Source: Centroscyllium fabricii
Lineage: Eukaryota
Direction of reading: 5' to 3'
Assembly: GCA_051313645.2 (NCBI GenBank)
Contig: JBNRSN020000002.1
Coordinates: 342,984,001-343,048,000 of the forward strand
Length of the DNA stretch: 64,000 bases
This document shows positions 46,001 to 57,323 of this stretch, piece after piece (the stretch's first letter is position 1; every line of letters begins with the position of its first letter). Made by a program: the position numbers and the translations under genes. The notes below the pieces were generated by a model. That model saw only the letters and a list, made by a program, of their open reading frames with translations, was not told where the DNA came from and did no database searches.

Positions 46001-47697
46001 CACAGGTAGCGCGCCGGGGGTGCTGCGCTGAGCACCGGTTGCTGCCCCTGAGCGAGGGAAGGGGCCCACCGTACGCCATGGTAACGCTTTGGAGATGGCA
46101 CTGGAAGTCCAGACCCAATAGTAATGGAGCGCAGAGCTGCGGCAGCACGAAAAAGCTAAAATTATTAAAGTGCACGCCCTGCACCGTTAGAGCCACTGCG
46201 CAACGCCCAGAGACGTCCGCAGATTCAGATTTAGAAGCCATTGAAATTCTTTGGCTCGCTGGCATAACCTTAAGGGAGAGGCGCTTTACTGTCTCAGGAT
46301 GAACAAAACTCACCGTGCTCCCACTGTCGAAAAGGCACACCACGTCCTGTCCGTTCACTCCCACCGGCATCATCGATTTCCCGAGCGATTGGGCCTTGTT
46401 CTGGTCCAGAGTCACCGATGCCAGTATTGGGTCAGGGGATTCCTCTTGATCCGAAGAGTAGTCCTCCGGGGCCGGTTCCCAAGATGGCTGCCGCCATGCG
46501 GTGTACTGCGGAGGGGGTGGCTGGGTCCAATATGGCGACTGCTGCCACGAGGGGTACCGAGTGGGGGATGGTTGAGTCCAATATGGCTGCTCCCATGTTC
46601 CACACGCGGCGCTGCCCGGTTTCGGTTTAGGGGCTGATGTGGTCGCCTTACAGACTTTGGCATAATGTCCCTTTTTCCCACATTTTGAGCAGGCCGCTTC
46701 TCTTGCCGGGCAGCTACGTCTCGGATGCTGAGACTGCCCGCAGAAGTAACATTTTGCCGTCTTCGCGTGAGCGGCTGCGATCATTTCTTCCGCCGGCCGT
46801 TGCGCCGGCGCTGTCCAAGATGGCGGGGCTGGGCCCGTATAATTGCCGGAATATGACGAAAGATTTATTGAGGCCACGTCCAGCACATTGCCCAGATCCG
46901 TTGTTGCCTGCAGGTCAAGGCCGTTCTGCTCTAACAGCCTCTGTCTGATATAGTCCGACCTGAGGCCTGTAACGTATGCATCTCTAATGGGACTGTCCAC
47001 ATGGAGCTGGGCCGATAGCGCTCTGCATTCGCAGGCCCGTGAGAGCACTCGCAGCGCTCTTAAAAGTTCCACGCTGGACTCACCGGGTTGCTGCTTCCTG
47101 GTGGCTAGGATGTGTCTGGCATGGACGATATTGGGTGCCCGGTTGTACTCTGCCTTGAGGATCCTGATAGCATCCAAAAATGATGATGCGTCCACGATCA
47201 TGGAGTACACCTGAGGGCCCACCCGGGCGTTGAGGAGCCACCGTTTGTCCTCTTCGGTCCTGACGACCGCTGCGTTCGCTCTCAGGTACGCATCGAAAAC
47301 ATCATACCAGTGCGAGAATGTGTTTGATGCGCCTGGTGTCCGGGGATCCAGTTCAAACGTTGCTGGCTTAGCATCGCTTCCATCTTCAAAATTTAGTGAA
47401 TAAAATTGTGACCGAAATAACGACCTCGTGGACGAGTAGTTATAAGGGTGAAACAATACGGTTTTTATTCACTAAATGGTGGACATGCACCAGGTAGTCG
47501 ACCGTCCCCAGGAATGGCCGGGGGATGGGAGACGGCCGCTTATATACCTCCTCCTGGGAGGGAGGAGTCGCGGGCGGAGCCAGCCTGGGCATGTCCAGGT
47601 AATCTTACAACAGGTTATATACAAACATGGATATAAGCATGATTACAGAGATACATCATAGGGTGGGTATATAGAATGGAAACAGTGGTTTACCACA
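43037..47697 (-). mobile_element. Full-length Ty3/Gypsy LTR retrotransposon (element B, same lineage as element A)
   Basis: LTRs 43037-43328 and 47407-47697 (about 6 substitutions and 1 indel); TSD ATAAG; PPT AAGAAGGGGTGAA. Confidence 0.97.
43386..47383 (-). CDS. Gag-Pol polyprotein of Gypsy element B (1-nt deletion just after the probable ATG)
   Basis: Two CCHC knuckles, LFDSGS, YLDN, ESDAS, HHCC and DDE integrase, RRSTR tail. The likely start ATG at 47383 (MEAML) is out of frame with KPATFELDP by one base. Confidence 0.88.
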
Positions 47698-47935
47698 ATA
47701 AGTTCGCCTGTCTCAGCCTCTAATGGATCGATGCTTACTTTTGCTACTCTTTTTACATACTTGTAGAAGCTTTTACAATCTGTTTTTAAATTTCTCGCTA
47801 GTTTACTCTCATTTTATTTTCTCCCTTTTTATCAATTTTTTGGTTATCCTTTGCTGGTTTCTAAAGCTCTCCCAATCCTCAGGCTTACTACGATTCTTTG
47901 CAACATTACAAGCCTCTTCTTATCATCTAATACTA

Positions 47936-49985
47936 CAAAGATGACAGATCATCCAACTCATGGATAAATACAGTTTACATCCGCAAACAATCGCAATATA
48001 TAATGGGACTACTGTTGAGGTGCAACCTATATCCCACAAGGTACACCCTCTCTTCAGCCGCAACAATGCGGTGAAAACTTGCAGATTCCACCCACTGAGG
48101 GGCACAATGAACACGATCTTCACCGCACGCCAATTACAAGAGAAATGCAGGGAACAGCACCAACCGCTGTACATGGCCTTCTTTGATCTCACAAAGGCCT
48201 TTGATACTGTCAGCTGTGAGGGATTATGGAGTGTCCTCCTCAAATCCGGCTGCCCTCAAAAGTTTGTCACCATCCTCCGCCTGCTTCACGACGACATGCA
48301 AGCCGTGATCCTGACCAACAGTTCCACCACCACAGACCCAGTTCATGTACAAACTGGGGTCAAGCAAGGCTGTGTCATTGCACCAACGCTCTTCTCGATC
48401 TTCCTGGCTGCAATGCTCCATCTCACCCTCAGTAAGCTCCCCGCTGGAGTGGAGCTAATTTACAGAACAAACGGGAAACTGTTCAACCTCCGTCACCTCC
48501 AGTCCAGATCCAAGGTCGTCCCATCCTCTGTCATCGAATTACAGTATGCAGACGATGCTTACGTCTGCGCTCACTCGGAGGTCGAACTCCAAACCATCTT
48601 CAACACCTTCACCGAAGCGTACGAGAGCATGGGCCTTACACTAAACATCGGTAAGGCAAAGGTCCTCTACCAACCTGCCCTCACCACACAGTACTGCCCC
48701 CCGATTATCAAAATCCACGACAAGGCCTTGGACAACGTGGACTACTTTCCATACCTTGGGAGCCTACTGTCAACAAGGGCAGACGTCAACGACGAGTCCA
48801 ACACCGCCTTCAGTGTGCCAGTGCAGCCTTCGGTCGCCTGAGGAAGAGAGTGTTTGAAGACCAGAACCTCAAACCCAGCACCAAGCTCATGGTCTACAGA
48901 GCAGCAGTGATACCCGCCCTGCTGTATGCCTCAGAGACATGGACCATGTACAGCAGGCACCTCAAAGCACTGGAGAGGTACCACCAATGCTGCCTCCGCA
49001 AGATCCTGCAAATCCATTGGCAGGATAGGCGCACCAACGTCAGTATTCTTGCTCAGGCCAACATCCCCAGCATCAAAGCTTTGACCACGCTCGATCAGCT
49101 CTGATGGACAGGTCACATTGTCCGCATGCCCGATACAAGACTCCCAAAACAAGCGTACTGCTCGGAGCTCCGGCACGGCAAGAGAGCCCCAGGTGGGCAG
49201 AGGAAATGCTTCAAGGACACCCTCAAAGCCTCCTTGAAAAAGTGTAACATCCACACCGATACCTGGGAATCCCTGGCCCAAGACCGCACAAAGTGGAGGA
49301 GAAGCATCCGGAAAGGCACCGAACACCTCAAGTCTCTTTGCCAGGAGCAAGCAGAAGCCAAGTGCAGGCAGCGCAAGGAGCGCACATCAACCCAAGCACC
49401 CCACCCACCCACCCCTTAAACTACCGTCTGCCCCACCTGTGAGAGACTGTAGGTCCTGCATTGGACTCATCAGTCACCTGCGAACTCATAAGAACATAAG
49501 AAGTAGGAGCAGGAGTAGGCCATACAGCCCTTCATGCCTGCTCCGCCATTTAATAGGATCATGGCTGATCCGAACTTAGATTCTCGTCCGCTTCCCTGCC
49601 CGTTCCCCGTAACCCCTTATTCCCTTATCAGCTGTTTATTTCCGATTTAAATTTATTTAATGTCCCAGCTTCCACAGCTCGCTGAGGCAGTAAATTCCAC
49701 GGACTCACCACCCTGAGTGAAGAAATTCCTCCTCATCTCAGTTTTGAAAGGGCAGCCCCTTATTCTCAGATTATGCCCCCTAGTTCTAGTCTCACCCACC
49801 ATTGGGAACATCCTCACCGCATCTACCCGATCAAGCCCCTTCACAATCTTATATGTTTCGATAAGATCGCCTCTCACTTTTCTGAACTCCAATGAGTAGA
49901 GGCCCAACCTACTCAACCTTTCCTCATTTTTAATGTGGAAGCAAGTCATCCTCGATTCTGAGGGACTGCCTAAGAAGAAGAAGAA
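47936..49985 (+). mobile_element. 5'-truncated RTE-clade LINE (BovB/Expander-like)
   Basis: ARQLQEKCREQ...DLTKAFD, GVKQGCVIAP, YADD, LLYASETW; (AAG)n tail at about 49972-49985; 77-bp flanking duplication. Confidence 0.92.
49487..49927 (-). mobile_element. CR1 3' fragment nested in the RTE 3' UTR
   Basis: EERLSRLGLYSLEF...NFFTQ; CATAAGAACATAAG tail; CTCAT at both junctions. Confidence 0.85.
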
Positions 49986-50654
49986 TTCTAAAGCTCTCCC
50001 AATCCTCAGGCTTACTACTATTCTTTGCAACATTATAAGCCTCTTCTTTTAATCTAATACTAACTTTAACTTCTTAATTAGCCACGGATGGATTACTTTT
50101 CCAGTGGAGTTTTTATTTCTCAATGGAATGTATATTTGTTGAGAATTTTGAAATATTTCTTTAAATGTTTGCCACTGCTTATCTACTGTCATAATTTTTA
50201 ATCTAATTTCCCAATCTACTTTAGCCAACTCCCAATCTCCCTTAGCCTGTCCATGTTCCTTGTTAGTATTTCCACAGGCCCACATACATGTGAGCTCAGT
50301 CCTCTTTTGGGGGTACGATCTGATGTTGGAGGCACCACCCTTCCCTCTTTCTAATACACAGTTATTTTCACTCACTGCATGCTGCATGGGTACTCTGCTG
50401 CCCTTACTGCAAAGCCTGGATCTCCAAGTTCTGAGGGCGATACCCACTTTAATGTAAGGATGTCACTGCCCGAGGGTGGCAGTAGGCCAGCAGGAGTTGG
50501 TACTGTGTTGGGAAGGCCAGCAGGGATGTGGTTTGTCTTAGGGGTGCTGGTAGGGGTTGGAGCCAAACTGAGAGTAAAGCTGGAATTGGGACCTTTGGGG
50601 AGACCGGTGGGAGTCAGACAACAATGAAAAGTCAGCCAATGGCTGTTAGGACTT

Positions 50655-51740
50655 AGAAATATTCAAAACAAGATTAAGCTATTCAGCCCTTCGATCCCGC
50701 TCCGCCATTCAATTGGACCATGGCTAATCTGCACCTTAACTCCATTTACCCACCGTTGCTCAATATCCCTTGATGCCCTGACCAAAAATGATCTAATTGA
50801 TCTCAGTCTTGAAAGCTCCAATTGTCCCAACATCCTCAGCTTTTTGGGGGAGAGAGTTCCATATTTCAGCTCGTCTTTGTGTGAAAAAATGTTTCCTGAT
50901 TTTATTCCTGAATGGCCTAGCTCTAATTTTAAGTTTAGGTCCCCTTGTTCTTGATTCCCCCACCAGAGGAGATAATTTAGCTGTATTCACCCTATCAAAT
51001 TATTTTGACATTTTAAACCATTCAATCCACCACCCAATCTTCTGTACTCAAAGGAATACAAGCCAGGTTCAAGCAATAATTTAACCCTCGGTGGCACAGT
51101 GGTTAGCACTGCTGTCTCACAGCACTGGAGACCCGGGTTCAAATCCAGCCTCGGGTACTATCTGTGTGGAGTTTGCACATTCTCCCCGTGTCTGCGTGGG
51201 TTTCCTCCGGGTGCTCCGGTTTCCTCCCACAGTCCAAAGATGTGCGGGTTAGGTTGATTGGCCAGGATAAATTGACCCTTAGTGTTAGGGGGATTGAATA
51301 TGTGGGGATGGTGGGATATGTGTCGGTGCAGGCTCGATAAGGATATGGGGAGAGGGCAGGGGCGGGGTACTGGGTTTGGATGATCAGCCATGATCTCATT
51401 GAATGGCGGAGCAGGCTCGAAGGGCCGAATGGCCTACTCCTGCTCCTAGTTTCTATGTTTCTATGTTTCTAAGGCCCAGTATTATTCTGGTGAATCTGCG
51501 CTGCTCCATCTCCAAAGGCCAATATATCCTTCCTGAGGTGCGGTGCCCAAAACTGAGCACAGTGCTCCAGCGGGGGTCCAACTGAAGCATAACTTCCTCC
51601 GCTTTGTATTCCAGTCACCTTGAGATAAAGACCAACATTCCATTAGCTGTTTTGATCACTTTATGTACCTAGCCATCAAGCTTTTAATAATTTGTATACT
51701 TGCACTCTCAAATCTCTTTGCTCCTCTACAATTCCTAGTT
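50655..51740 (-). mobile_element. Old CR1 3' fragment interrupted by a SINE
   Basis: Degenerate ESRTRG...HFFTQR motifs and 3' UTR. Confidence 0.7.
51089..51470 (+). mobile_element. HE1/V-SINE-type tRNA-derived SINE with a CR1-derived tail
   Basis: A box TGGCACAGTGG; B box GGTTCAAATCC; V-domain TGTGGAGTTTGCACATTCTCCCCGTG...GGGTGCTCCGGTTTCCTCCCAC; 3' end shared with local CR1s; (TTTCTATG)n tail. Confidence 0.92.
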
Positions 51741-52749
51741 CCTTGAGTTCAGTTCTTTTTGCTATCTTTAAAAAAAAATTACTTTCTGTTTATTAGCTCT
51801 ATCCCATTTATTTATTGTGTTAGTTTGGGTTATTCTTTTTGCCAGTGTGTGCTTTTTTGCTTTTTCTCATTCCCGTCTCATTTAAATGCTGAAGCTGCCA
51901 GGAACAGATGGCTCTATCTGTAGGCAGAGGCAATGGGAGCATTGTTGCGATCCTGGCAGAAGCAATTATGGCTGGCGAAAGTCTCAATGGCTATTTTAAA
52001 CCACAAATGCGGAAACAGCAATGTAAAACCATTTATACTAGAGGAGTTTTTAGGTGGGAATCCTTGTAGATGTGGAAGCACAGGAATTTTACTGGATTGA
52101 ACAGTCCCATAGGCGTCATGGCTTTGCCATTAGCTGCTTATAATTGCGTGCTTACACACAGATAGAAGGACAGCCACATGGACCAAGCGTCCCATCACCT
52201 GTTGTAACTTCATCTCCCATCTGCTTTATCTTCTGGGTTTCATAACAACCCTGGTAAAAGTAGCAGCTGTTGACTCACATCTTGTGTAACTGCGAAACTA
52301 TAAAAATGTTTGTTATCTACTGCCTTTTAGTTGAACTTGTAACATGTAATGAAATGCAGAAAGAGAAGCTGGGGACATCAGTGAGAACCTTGGCTGTTTT
52401 ACTTCTTACTTAGAAAGAACGTGCATGACTTGTATTTTTATGTATTGTTCTGCCTTTAGTCTTTGGTTTACATTGCTTTCACTGACATTTCTTACAAATA
52501 ATATATTTCCTTCACTGGGAGATTTGTTTTAAATTTTCCGCCTGATTAATGCAGACTGAAGTTTGCTAAACAATGGGTAGGGCATAACTGCTGGGTTATG
52601 CCTGCTGGGAACCCATGCCACTGACCCCAATGGATTTTCCACAGTCAGTGGGGAAGGTTTTCTAGTTTTCATTTCAGTGCCAGGTGCCCACGCATCTAGA
52701 GGTGCATCTCAGGTGCCTACCTGCTCCTGAAGGGAAACTCAGACATATT

Positions 52750-53511
52750 GGCCCAGAAATTGCAGTGGCGCCTTCGTGCGGGTGCAGTACCTGCTAGTTG
52801 CACTTACACTGCCCATAATCCGGTTTGCTTTTTTGCACTCAGAAATTGCAGTTAGCCCAGCCTGTCAGAGCTCTGTGCGAGCTTCATGGGCATCTTAAGG
52901 GTGTAATTAGTGCGAGGTGGCTTTTGAGACCACCTGATTGGCAGGGAGCCAATCAGTGGAACCAATTCTCCGTTCAAAACTTCCACTGAGAAATCTGTGC
53001 AAGTTCTGAAAGGAGAGATTGCCCAAAAGACATCTAAACACAAAAATAAAATTTTACAAACACCACATTTTTTTAACATTACCCCAACTAACACAAATAA
53101 CCTATTTTAAAGAAAAAATAAAAATTTACAGAAAAGTTTTTCAACTTCCAACAGGTCTAAAAAAATACTTACCTGCCTTTAAAGTTATCAACAATTAAAA
53201 ACCTGAAAAAACAATTAAAATCAATAAAATACACACTTATCAGATAAAAACGGATACTTACGACTGCTTTTTCCCAGCGTAGAATATCCTGGTCTTGGTC
53301 TGTAGAAAAAGTTTTTTAAAAACCCCGAATTACTGGACGCAACCCCTAGTTCACTGCTTCCTGCGCTGGCCCTCGCAGGAACTCCAACCCCCCCGCTGGC
53401 CGGCATAGGAAAACCCAAAGCAGTGCAAACGGCTGCTTCCTGCGGGTTTAAGCTCTGGTGCACTCGCACCAGAGCTTAAACCCGATATGGGCAGACTGCA
53501 ATTTCTGGCCC
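52750..53511. mobile_element. Complete Harbinger-type MITE
   Basis: TIRs GGCCCAGAAATTGCAGT and ACTGCAATTTCTGGCCC; 3-bp TSD ATT. Confidence 0.88.
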
Positions 53512-53956
53512 ATTGATGTGGGTCTGGAGGATTGTCTGGATCCCGCCCACAACCCCCACCACCCCCCCAGTAAACATAAAGTAGTGTTCCCTGAGGGCCA
53601 CTTTAAAAAAAATGTTTTTAATGATTTGCCTTAAACCTCTGGAGACCAAGCAACAATCGCAGCCTAGTCTCCTGGATGGGACCCACAAATCCATACAGTG
53701 GCTTGGTATGCTTGAAACCAGGCATACCACTGCCGATTGTCCACTAGTCCTCTTGAGACACTGGGGACACGAGAACTCTGGGCTAGGCTGCTAGCCTTGT
53801 TTGAGGTGAGTTAAAACTGTGTCCCTTACAAGGTCCCACAAAACCCCCAGCATGAGGCTGGGACCCAGATACGCCTGGGCCCAGCTATATGACCCTTCCA
53901 GTGCACTCCCACCCAAGTTACGGCATGTTTTAATGGTTGGGCTTCCTTTAAGTGTA

Positions 53957-54942
53957 CAATAGCAAAATACTGCGGATGCTGGAAATCCAAAATAACAATA
54001 GAAAATACTGGAAAAACTCAGCAAGCCAGGCAACATCCGTGGAGAGAGAAACAGAGTTAACATTTCAGGTCTTCGTTAACTCTGGGGGGGATTTTACTGG
54101 AGGTGCGGGAACCTGGCGGGGATTGGTCGGGGCGGGTTCCTGTCCCACCCACCCAAGGGCCTGGAAAGCCGACGCTATTTTCCTTTAATTGCTCAATGAA
54201 ATCCCCACGTGCGGGGAGCCCCTGGTAATTGCCTCAGTCGAGTCGGCAATTACGGAGCTCCAGCGGGATTCTAGGAGGTTGACAGACAGCTGCGGGTCTG
54301 TGTGTTTACAGTTCCCATGGAAACACTCCACTGTGACATCACAGTAGAGTGCAACCAATGGGAAAGGCCAAGTGCTCTGAGTGACAGGTGAGCAGGTGGG
54401 CTGCAAATCTTTGACAGCTAGGGACCGGCTGTCAATGGAGCTGTCAGGTAAGATTTTAAAGTTTTTTTCCCACAGCTGGTCTTCACCCAAGGGAGTCATT
54501 TACACTTCCAGGGTGTTGAAGGCCTGGAAAGCATTCTGCTGTAGGTCCTTCAACACCTTGAAGGTGAAAGTTACCAAGACCATTGTGCTCCCGCTGGGTT
54601 TTCAGCAGCGGGGTTTTAGGATGGCGGGGTTTGGGTGGGAAGGGGTGGAAAATAGGTGAGGGCCCTTAAAATGGCATTATCCAGGCCAATTAAGGGCTCT
54701 AAACTACTTTAACTAGCATCCCCGCCGGCGGTGGGCAGGAAAGTTTCAGGATGGCGGGACACGCCGCCCGAAACTTAAAAGCCGGCAACGATCCAGTAGG
54801 GGGAGCGGGACCCCCCCAGTTCCGCGATTTTAGGCCCTGCCCCGCCGGATCGCCTCCCTCATGGACCGAGGAAAATCCCCCTGTTTCTCTCTCCACGGAT
54901 ATTGCCTGGCCTGCTGAGTTTTTCCAGCGTTCTCTGTTGTTA
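53957..54942. mobile_element. Penelope-like fold-back remnant with a nested MITE
   Basis: About 70-bp inverted arms (53991-54061 versus 54075-54084 plus 54884-54944); 14-bp flanking direct repeat TTCCTTTAAGTGTA (53943-53956 and 54943-54956). Confidence 0.72.
54085..54880. mobile_element. Harbinger-type MITE (same family as 25232-26010)
   Basis: Ends GGGGGGATTTT and GGAAAATCCCC; 3-bp TSD CTG; host sequence GTTAACTCTGTTTCTC rejoins across it. Confidence 0.85.
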
Positions 54943-55594
54943 TTCCTTTAAGTGTAGTTGGCAAGCTGCTCACACAAATCCAACATGAATGCTACTGAGC
55001 ATGGCCCTTTGGCAGTACCTTAAAGGGGAGGACTGGCCAGATCGGGTGGAGGAGCGACCGAAGGCATAATTTAAAGAGTTGAAGACTATGCAGAAGGAGC
55101 ATAGAAAACAAATTAGGTAATTATGAAATTTGCAAACTGTCAAATCAATAAATAATATTCTCAGAATTGCTTCCAGCGATCTCTATAACGTACGCTGGAC
55201 CTGCCCATTTCTGGTCCTGTAACATCCCTGAGAGAATGCCTTGCTGGTGATGATGAAAATGGTATTGGGGTCCTAAAGACGTCATAGGAATAACAAGGCT
55301 TCTACTTGCTTCCATCAGGAGCACTGGCTGCCTAAATCAAGGGGGCATAGGGAGATGGAAATCTGTCTGAGCTAGTTTCTTTTTTTGTTCTATAACAAAA
55401 ATAAAGATTCCAAGGTAGACATTGCTTTGATAGCTTTATTGATCCACTGCCAGAACCAGGCATTGTAGTGGGAGTGGAGCTAAATTATGACACTAAGTGG
55501 AAAATAAAATAGTCAATCTAATTTTTTTTTTTAAATTGCAGCTGGGAAATTTGTTTGAAGAAATCTTTTATGGCTATTATATTCTGTTTTGCAG

Positions 55595-55739
55595 GTTTCC
55601 GAACTATGGCACTTGATGACCAAATGACTCTACTCCGGTACTCTTGGATGTGCTTAATGACGTTTGGCCTTAGCTGGAGATCATACAAACACACCAGTGG
55701 CACAATGCTTTACTTTGCACCAGACTTGGTGTTCAATGA
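55595..55739 (+). CDS. nr3c2: Mineralocorticoid receptor coding exon (LBD helices 4-5; corresponds to human exon 6)
   Basis: AG at 55593-55594; donor GA|gtaagt at 55740; 145 nt. Translates [48 protein letters not shown]; [13 protein letters not shown] and FAPDLVFNE are MR-type. Confidence 0.94.
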
Positions 55740-57323
55740 GTAAGTGTTTTTTATATTAATTTTTTGTTTGCATATTTTCTCCCCATACCATGAATGTTGT
55801 TAATGTTGTTCATCAGGCAACAAACAAAGCACTCAATATCAGATTGCTTTGTCTTGATCCACAACACAAAAACTGCCCATAATTCTGTTTCTTGCACTGT
55901 ACCTTTCAGTCTAGTTTTCTGCTCTGTGGTTGCAATGGAAGCATATTTTGTGAAATCCCAGTTATCTGATGTGTTGGTGTATATTTGTGATTTGCTACAA
56001 CAGATTTTTAGTATATTAAATCCTGGCATTATACCAGTATGCATCAGTCAATTGCAGTCGAGTAAATTCAACTTATAGTGATGTTTGCAAAGTGATACTT
56101 CGGTGGAAACAGCTATTATCCCTCAAATGTCGTATTTCAGCTGCAATAAATTTGGGATATCTAGTTGTGGCTATAAACATCTTAATATGGAGACTTCTAA
56201 GAGGGAGTAAGTTGACATGACATGAAAAAAGTAATAGGGTTAGATAAATCATTGAGTGAGGCATTTATGCTAGGGTCATAAGAAAATAATTATTAAATGA
56301 AAGCAGACAGATCATGCAAAAAGATAGTCATAGTTATCATAAAGATTGTGAAGAATATGAAGAAGGTTTGAGAGCAATCAGAGGACGTTTCAAGTCAGAC
56401 ATGTGAGAGTAACAGACAGCATAGGAGAAGTTAAGAAAGGGTTTATAGAAATAATCATTATGTAATGTCATTAAGCACCAGCCAGAATGCCTGGCATCCT
56501 CCAGCCCTCCACCGACACCTACCTGTGTGCTCCCAGGGCAAAGTTATTGTTGTAAAAGTGCATTTGGAGCCACAGGCAGCCTTTTAACATATTAGATCCT
56601 GGCATAGAACCAATGTACTGTTATTGTGGTATGCCCTGTAAAATCTAGTGATCTCCGCTATCTCTTTGTGTATACTGTAATAGGTTGATATAGAGCAAGA
56701 CCTGAGTCATAAATGGAGGCAAATATTCAGGCACAAACATGCAGTGAAACAATTCTCCTTCTGAATATACTTTGACTTCATCAGAGTGATTGTTAAGAAT
56801 GTTGACTCGCACAACGGGACTCACCAGACCCGCCCCTGCTTTCTATCCAGAACACGGTTCGATGCTGCTTCCCCTTTGACATGACGTGCTCTGTTGGAGC
56901 TGCTCTCCATGGCAGGACACTCGGACGCCACAATATCCGTCGCCAAAAAAATGGTAGCATGTGCAGCGTGTTGGGGTTGGGTTATGCAACTTTCACTTCT
57001 TAATTTCACCCTGCCCCTGACCCTCTCCTGCCTGTCGTAGGGGGTTTTAATATTGAGGTGTCAATTTTTTTTGTCTTATAATACTCCTGTGCAGCACCTT
57101 GGGACGTTTTACTACATTAAAGGCATTATATAAATACAAGTTGTTGTTGTTGAGGCACAAAAAAGAGATAGAAAGCATCGGGATAAAGTTTATATCTGTA
57201 TTTATATCTCAGGCTGTGCTGTAGACTGTGAATTGAAATCTACCAGCGTAGCGCACATAATGGCCTCTTTCACATCCTCTTTTCCCCAGTGTGGCTCTAT
57301 AATGGTTTTATGAACTTAACTGT

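Larger units (their letters stand above)
39597..50240 (-). mobile_element. Old CR1 LINE fragmented by five direct insertions (one of which carries a further nested CR1)
   Basis: Collinear CR1 pieces at 39597-40261, 41127-41286, 41850-42727, 42993-43036, 47698-47935 and 49986-50240. Confidence 0.85.
15154..55594 (+). other. nr3c2: 40,441-bp GT-AG phase-1 intron of nr3c2
   Basis: Donor CCAG|gtagga and acceptor ttttgcag|GTTTC join to give ...[12 protein letters not shown] in frame, the conserved steroid-receptor splice position. Confidence 0.9.

Noticed and set aside
47384-47456. N-terminus of the 1356-aa ORF starting inside the LTR
   Set aside because: It starts at a non-ATG codon within U5; the natural start is more likely ATG 47383 with a 1-nt deletion.
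51089-51160. tRNA gene
   Set aside because: The A and B boxes belong to a SINE head followed by a V-domain and a LINE tail.
14833-55739. Assignment as glucocorticoid, progesterone or androgen receptor
   Set aside because: The hinge ARKSKKLGK...HEEQ, SWMCL and LSWRSYKH motifs fit MR best. A phylogeny would be the formal test.
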